A stretch of DNA of 64,000 nucleotides, taken from the NCBI GenBank assembly GCA_030141605.1, contig JAQGDQ010000189.1:124001-188000 (forward strand), read 5' to 3'. This document shows positions 61,001 to 64,000 of this stretch, piece by piece (position 1 is the stretch's first letter; each line of letters starts with the position of its first letter). The stretch is from Tubiluchus corallicola (Eukaryota > Animalia > Priapulida). The notes under the pieces were generated by a model. That model was not told where the DNA came from. It was given only the letters and a program-made list of their open reading frames with translations, and did not search any database. The position numbers and the translations under genes were made by a program.

Positions 61001-62374
61001 CCATGCCCGAGGCATTTTACTGAGCGATTTTGCATTTATTTCACTATACGAGATAAAGAAGAACGGTCCCAGAACCAAACCTTGTGATCCTCCCACTGGA
61101 CAAAATATGAATGGCAGTGGTTATCACAGCAAACGGCCACACAACCCTCGGGCATCCAACTTGTGAAACACAAAGCATTGTCTTTCGGTGGGGATTATTC
61201 ATTCTCATGAGATATGTAATAATGGAATCGCTTCAGGCAGACCCAATTGTTGTGCTAATAGGCATGAGCAATGATGTGCTTGGTGATGGTGCCTAGGAAT
61301 GTAAGAAAAATGCTGGGATGGGACAGATAATATTCAAGAACCTGTTGAAAGCGCTTGCCCTATTTCTCAAGCTTAATGGACGAAAAGCCGCTCTCTCTGA
61401 AACGTAAAGCTATTATTACTTGACACCGAAACTCGTACTTAGCATGTTAACTATGTTAATTCTCCCTGCAGGTGCTGAAAATTGTAAAACGTGTGAATTT
61501 ATTTAAATAATGTTAAAATGATTCGTTTGAAAATGTTTGCCTTGTGCTAACAATGCTTACGACTTTCAGATTTTTTTAAATCAAGAATTAAGTTATTTTA
61601 AGAAAAACGAATGTTTTTGATCTATAAATAAGCTTCTACATAGTTGTTTATAGATCTGTTTTTTGAAAGTTCGTTTTATGTTTGATTGTACAAATCCACA
61701 ATAAAACTTTGATACTGCATTCGAAAGAAGGGGAATTTTAAAACTTGGGACACCATCTGTATTTGAACCAGGACCTTTACTTTAACTTGCAATGTGTTTT
61801 GTAAGCCAAATATCTCTGGTTCAAATATGAACTGTGTTCTCCTTTTCACATTTTCTGTCTTTGGTGTAAAAATTTATTTAATTGTGGTTTTTATACACAC
61901 ACTTGCTCGTGCATCGCACAACTTCTCACCATTGCAGGAGTTGGTCATTATAATTGTTGGTCATTATAAGCTCACCAGACATTGGCTAATAGCTGGCAGC
62001 ATATTTGTGACAGTGCAGCATGTTATAACTCATTTCTTTTTGTGACAGTGCAGCATGTTATAACTCATTTCTTTTTGTGACAGTGCAGCATGTTATAACT
62101 CATTTCTTTTTGTGACATTGCAGCATGTTATAACTCATTTTTTGTGACAGTGCAGCATGTTATAACTCATTTCTTTTCGTGACAGTGCAGCGTGTTATAA
62201 CTCATTTCTTTTTGTGACATTGCAGCATGTTATAACTAGTTTGTTTTTGTTTTTTGCAGCCGGACGGTGAGGACGATCTGAAGAAATCGCAGTTGATGGA
62301 ACTGGCTATAATGAATGGAACATTCAGAGATACAAGTGGTACCACGCAGACACCGCAAAAGCTGACCCAGCAGC
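27890..62374 (+). CDS. QKI: Quaking / held-out-wings STAR-family KH RNA-binding protein, 3'-partial; join(27890..28031,40954..41087,44333..44449,45697..45840,62260..>62374)
   Basis: QUA1 ([35 protein letters not shown]), maxi-KH ([48 protein letters not shown]...LHVLITVED) and QUA2 ([22 protein letters not shown]). The last exon ends in a donor, so the gene continues beyond the window. Confidence 0.95.
31162..31836. repeat. GC-rich minisatellite, ~39-40-bp unit (GTGGCCCCTTGCCCCACGCAGCCCCCACTTCGTTTCACT), about 18 copies
   Basis: CGTTTCAC core counted about 18 times; explains the overlapping repetitive ORFs on both strands. Confidence 0.95.
32650..32990. repeat. Compound (GT)n plus (CT)n/polypyrimidine microsatellite
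   Basis: Read directly. Confidence 0.95.
35954..36555 (+). mobile_element. Kolobok-like MITE family C (TTAA|AGGAAGACAGGA...TCCGGTTTTCCT|TTAA); further copies at ~40003-40430, ~50900-51500 and ~63286-63865
   Basis: TIR and TTAA flanks; shared core TTGATGACATCACAAAC and ATTGAAGTACAGTGCTACT...GTGTTGTACTAAAACT. Confidence 0.78.
37136..37470 (+). mobile_element. MITE family A, copy 4 (3'-truncated, with internal insertion)
   Basis: AAGCCTTTTCGCCGTTTCGTTGTGCGC...GGTCAAAAGTTAAG..., matching the other copies. Confidence 0.7.
38299..38568 (+). mobile_element. tRNA-derived SINE, copy 2; related head fragments on the - strand at ~5215-5297 and ~23825-23908
   Basis: Closely matches 12055-12360, including the tail. 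Confidence 0.85.
38984..39564. mobile_element. hAT-like MITE (CAGTGGCGTAGCCAG...CTGGCTACGCCCCAG) whose right end is tandemly repeated four times
   Basis: TIR match; degenerate 8-bp flanks GCGCAGGA and GGGCAGGC; 56-58-bp units at 39335-39564. Confidence 0.65.
40550..40912 (-). mobile_element. MITE family A, copy 5 (inverted), ending about 40 nt before QKI exon 2
   Basis: TTTTCACAGTT...AACTGTGAAAACGCTT. Confidence 0.8.
40954..41087 (+). CDS. QKI: QKI/how coding exon 2
   Basis: [45 protein letters not shown]; catttcag acceptor, GTGAGT donor. Confidence 0.94.
41091..41226 (+). repeat. Perfect 67-bp tandem duplication with four GGGG runs per unit, starting inside the QKI exon-2 donor
   Basis: AGTATTGGGGCCGTTGAAATGCGGACTGGGGCAGTGGGGCTATTCATAAACGGGGTGTGAATTTCAC x2. 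Confidence 0.95.
42740..42942. repeat. 46-bp minisatellite, four full copies plus a partial copy
   Basis: GTGCATTTATACTAGAGAGTGGTATTATGGATATGATTTGGAGTGA at 42740, 42786, 42832, 42878 and 42924. Confidence 0.95.
43410..44050. repeat. T-rich degenerate ~20-23-bp minisatellite (TTTATCATATGTTTTCATGTT)
   Basis: Read directly; source of the hydrophobic artefactual ORFs. Confidence 0.93.
44333..44449 (+). CDS. QKI: QKI/how coding exon 3 (KH GxxG loop)
   Basis: [39 protein letters not shown]; gttctag acceptor, GTAAGG donor. Confidence 0.96.
44501..45006. mobile_element. hAT-like MITE in QKI intron 3
   Basis: Termini CAGTGGTAGC...GCTGCCACTC; 8-bp flanks CTCGAGAA and CTCGAGAC (7/8 identical). Confidence 0.7.
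45697..45840 (+). CDS. QKI: QKI/how coding exon 4
   Basis: [48 protein letters not shown]; cctacag acceptor, GTAAGT donor. Confidence 0.95.
45825..46644 (+). repeat. 60-bp tandem array, ~13.5 copies, containing the QKI exon-4/intron-4 junction
   Basis: Exact 60-nt period; each unit is ...ACTGCTAGTTTCAGCA|GTAAGTACAACRTAGCATTG... Confidence 0.97.
48829..49306 (-). mobile_element. MITE family A, copy 6 (inverted, with internal duplication)
   Basis: AAGCCTTTTCACAGCT...CATTGTGAAAATACTT. Confidence 0.8.
49545..49602 (-). pseudogene. Degenerate 5S rRNA-derived fragment (SINE3 head or pseudogene)
   Basis: Minus strand GCCCGGTTAGTAAATGGATGGG resembles the 5S internal control region GCCYGGTTAGTACTTGGATGGG; no complete 120-nt gene is present. 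Confidence 0.45.
49815..50270. mobile_element. piggyBac-type MITE, copy 2
   Basis: TTAA flanks at 49811-49814 and 50271-50274; same internal sequence as 5444-5900. Confidence 0.88.
52720..53160 (-). mobile_element. CR1/L2-type LINE ORF2 C-terminal remnant
   Basis: ORF 52942-53154 ends LLLFG...[19 protein letters not shown], typical of CR1-clade ORF2 termini. Confidence 0.65.
53240..54150 (-). mobile_element. CR1/L2-type LINE 3' remnant interrupted by an RTE fragment
   Basis: ORF 53439-53633 [14 protein letters not shown]...IFL...LANLILNYI matches the H-x3-C-x2-Y-x2-LR C-terminal motif of non-LTR ORF2. Confidence 0.6.
53708..53977 (+). mobile_element. RTE-clade LINE 3' fragment (ORF end 53708-53926 with C2H2 finger, plus 3' UTR)
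   Basis: WRSAITTG...EKRRRRK...[21 protein letters not shown], then ATGGTCATCTTCGATTCGAAGGACGAAC, characteristic of RTE ends. Confidence 0.8.
55139..55843 (-). mobile_element. Inverted copy of the 12704-13435 element
   Basis: TTAA at left end; long reverse-complement match, e.g. GACTAACCTACTCAATAGG and AGTCAAGCGTCTTATAAGAC. Confidence 0.78.
56730..57072. repeat. 92-bp AT-rich tandem repeat, ~3.7 copies
   Basis: TGCTTTATTTCA at 56742, 56834, 56926 and 57018. Confidence 0.93.
57550..59832. repeat. Large inverted duplication: outer arms ~57550-57865 and ~59517-59832; inner arms ~57885-58045 and ~58515-58690
   Basis: Direct reverse-complement matches, e.g. TCGCAAACACAAGTGCCTGGTA versus TACCAGGCACTTGTGTTTGCGA. 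Confidence 0.9.
57916..57970 (-). ncRNA. Minimal type I hammerhead ribozyme motif (Penelope-like-element type)
   Basis: Minus strand reads UGUAAUAUCAG-CUGAUGA-G-GCUC-GUUA-GAGC-GAAA-GC-UA-CUGA-AUAA-AUAUUACA: intact core, 4-bp stem II, palindromic AGCU helix III and a pairing stem I. Confidence 0.65.
59840..61400 (-). mobile_element. Decayed non-LTR retrotransposon reverse-transcriptase region with (ATAGA)n tail
   Basis: ORF 60701-61096 begins [13 protein letters not shown], resembling RT motif GxPQGSxLGPxLF; frameshifted and stop-ridden. Confidence 0.6.
62004..62237 (+). repeat. 35-bp tandem array, ~6.7 copies, directly upstream of the QKI exon-5 acceptor
   Basis: TGTGACAGTGCAGCATGTTATAACTCATTTCTTTT at 62006, 62041, 62076, 62111, 62143, 62178 and 62213. 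Confidence 0.95.
62260..62374 (+). CDS. QKI: QKI/how coding exon 5 (QUA2)
   Basis: [38 protein letters not shown]; ttttttgcag acceptor, GTAAGT donor. Confidence 0.94.
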
Positions 62375-64000
62375 GTAAGTCATTCGCTATGGAGCAAATA
62401 TAGTAAACTCTGCATAACTCAAATTTTCGCCTAGAATGTCGGCGGAACGGATGAAATCCTTCGTTTTTCCCACAAAATACATTGCTTAACTCAAACAAAA
62501 AATTATAGTCCATTTAAGCAAAATATGCGTCATTTACTTCACCTAACTCAATTTATACTCTGGAAAAATAGAAAACAACACAAAAACAGGATTGTCTTCC
62601 GGGAAAATTCAGATGTCTTACAAGTTGCACCTCCCCATTATTTTTTCCGGGATTGACCTTAATTGAACTTAATTGATCTTTCCGCGAAAGTCTACTACCA
62701 CGTAGTAACACTTTACTTTATCAGACATGACTGATAAAATAGGATCAGTGTTGATGAAACTGGGCACAGGACTTGGAGCAGATGAAGATAACTGAACACT
62801 TAACTGAGAGTGTGAAAATAATTGAACTACTGATGGCAGTACCTATGACATTGGTAGCCCCACTGTCATATTGTTTGACAGTGTTGTGTACATGTACTTT
62901 TGTAACATAAAAAAATCGTGTTTCACTACATAATTTGTCATTCTTTATGTAATTGTCATCAAATCTCGTTATTCATGTAGAGAAGGGTCGAACTTTCTGC
63001 CTTCTATTTAGCTAGCCGTCTGGAGGAGGGGTTTAGAGTTTCTGTGCTAGAAAATGGTCAAGTATCATGTCAAAGTTTTTTCGGTCCGGCTGGATTTCAG
63101 TTATGCGGACTGTAGTGAATTCTTGAAAGAACCAATCAGCACCTGGTAAACTTGACAAGTATCATGTCAAGATAGGAAACGGCACATGAAATTTAAAGTT
63201 TTATTAAAAACGGGACAAGTTACCTTGTCTGTAGTTAACAGAGTGAGTGCAAATGAAACAGCAATGTTACCTTCCTTACCTTTAAAGGAAGACAGTATGA
63301 TTTTTGATATGCTACCCCATTTTCAAGTACAGAAAAAAGTATGCATTTTAGCACCACTAATACTGCAAAAGCATATCTGGGAATTGAATAATAGATTACA
63401 GTTTTAGTTAATAGCGAGCGAGTCCAACTATTGGTGACATCACAAACGAACATAATTATGAACAGCAAAAATATTTTACGAGCGTGTTGCATGTGTTTGT
63501 GAAAGGGAAGATTGAAGTACAGTTCTACTGTAAGATATTTAGTGTGTTGTACAAAAACTAGGCAAGTTATAAGATAAAAATCCCAATTTCAAATTTACCA
63601 CTGTGCTCACACTTGAGCTGTTGGACATGTGCAGTACTTTACAAACTAACACATCTGAACTGAGTGATACAGCACCTTTTTTATGTGCAACGCGTTTCCA
63701 AAATGCAGACACTACTGCTGGTTTAATTAGCAAATGGCAAAATTAAACAGTGAAGAACTAGTGGCGCGAATGTGAAATTGTGTTTGTGTGGAAATAATTT
63801 TTTCACGTAACTCATTTGTGAAAAAATAGTATGTTTCCTTTCAATATTTTAAAGAGCAGATTGTTTATACATACAGGGATGAGAATGACAAATTGTAAAA
63901 AACTCTGAAACAGGCCGGGGGTTCCTAGGCCCCCGTAGGGGTTCAAGGGGGCGAAGCCACCATTGGAGCCAGCAACAAATTGCAATTTTATGACCATAGA

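Overview
AT-rich, intron-rich animal (invertebrate-type) nuclear DNA, not prokaryotic. Three + strand spliced genes were reconstructed by hand with GT-AG junctions and consistent reading phase: MRPS31 (8 coding exons, 155-12598, 395 aa), ATG5 (7 coding exons, 15064-24175, 277 aa) and a STAR-family RNA-binding gene of the quaking/held-out-wings type (QKI/how; 5 exons, 27890-62374, continuing past the window end). Introns are crowded with non-autonomous DNA transposons (piggyBac-type and Kolobok-like TTAA elements, Tc1/mariner-pogo TA elements, hAT-like elements, and a six-copy MITE with nested inverted repeats), tRNA-derived SINEs, CR1/L2 and RTE LINE remnants, and minisatellites. Most long ORFs in the supplied track are repeat artefacts. 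The most unusual signals are tandem repeats made of RNA-processing signals. A 60-bp array reiterates the QKI exon-4 splice donor 14 times. A 35-bp array of acceptor-like sites sits directly before QKI exon 5. Two sense-strand arrays of ACUAAY/UAAY (QKI response element or branch-point) motifs lie in introns of the neighbouring ATG5 gene. A Penelope-type minimal hammerhead ribozyme sits inside a large inverted duplication in QKI intron 4. Functional interpretations are inference and untested.
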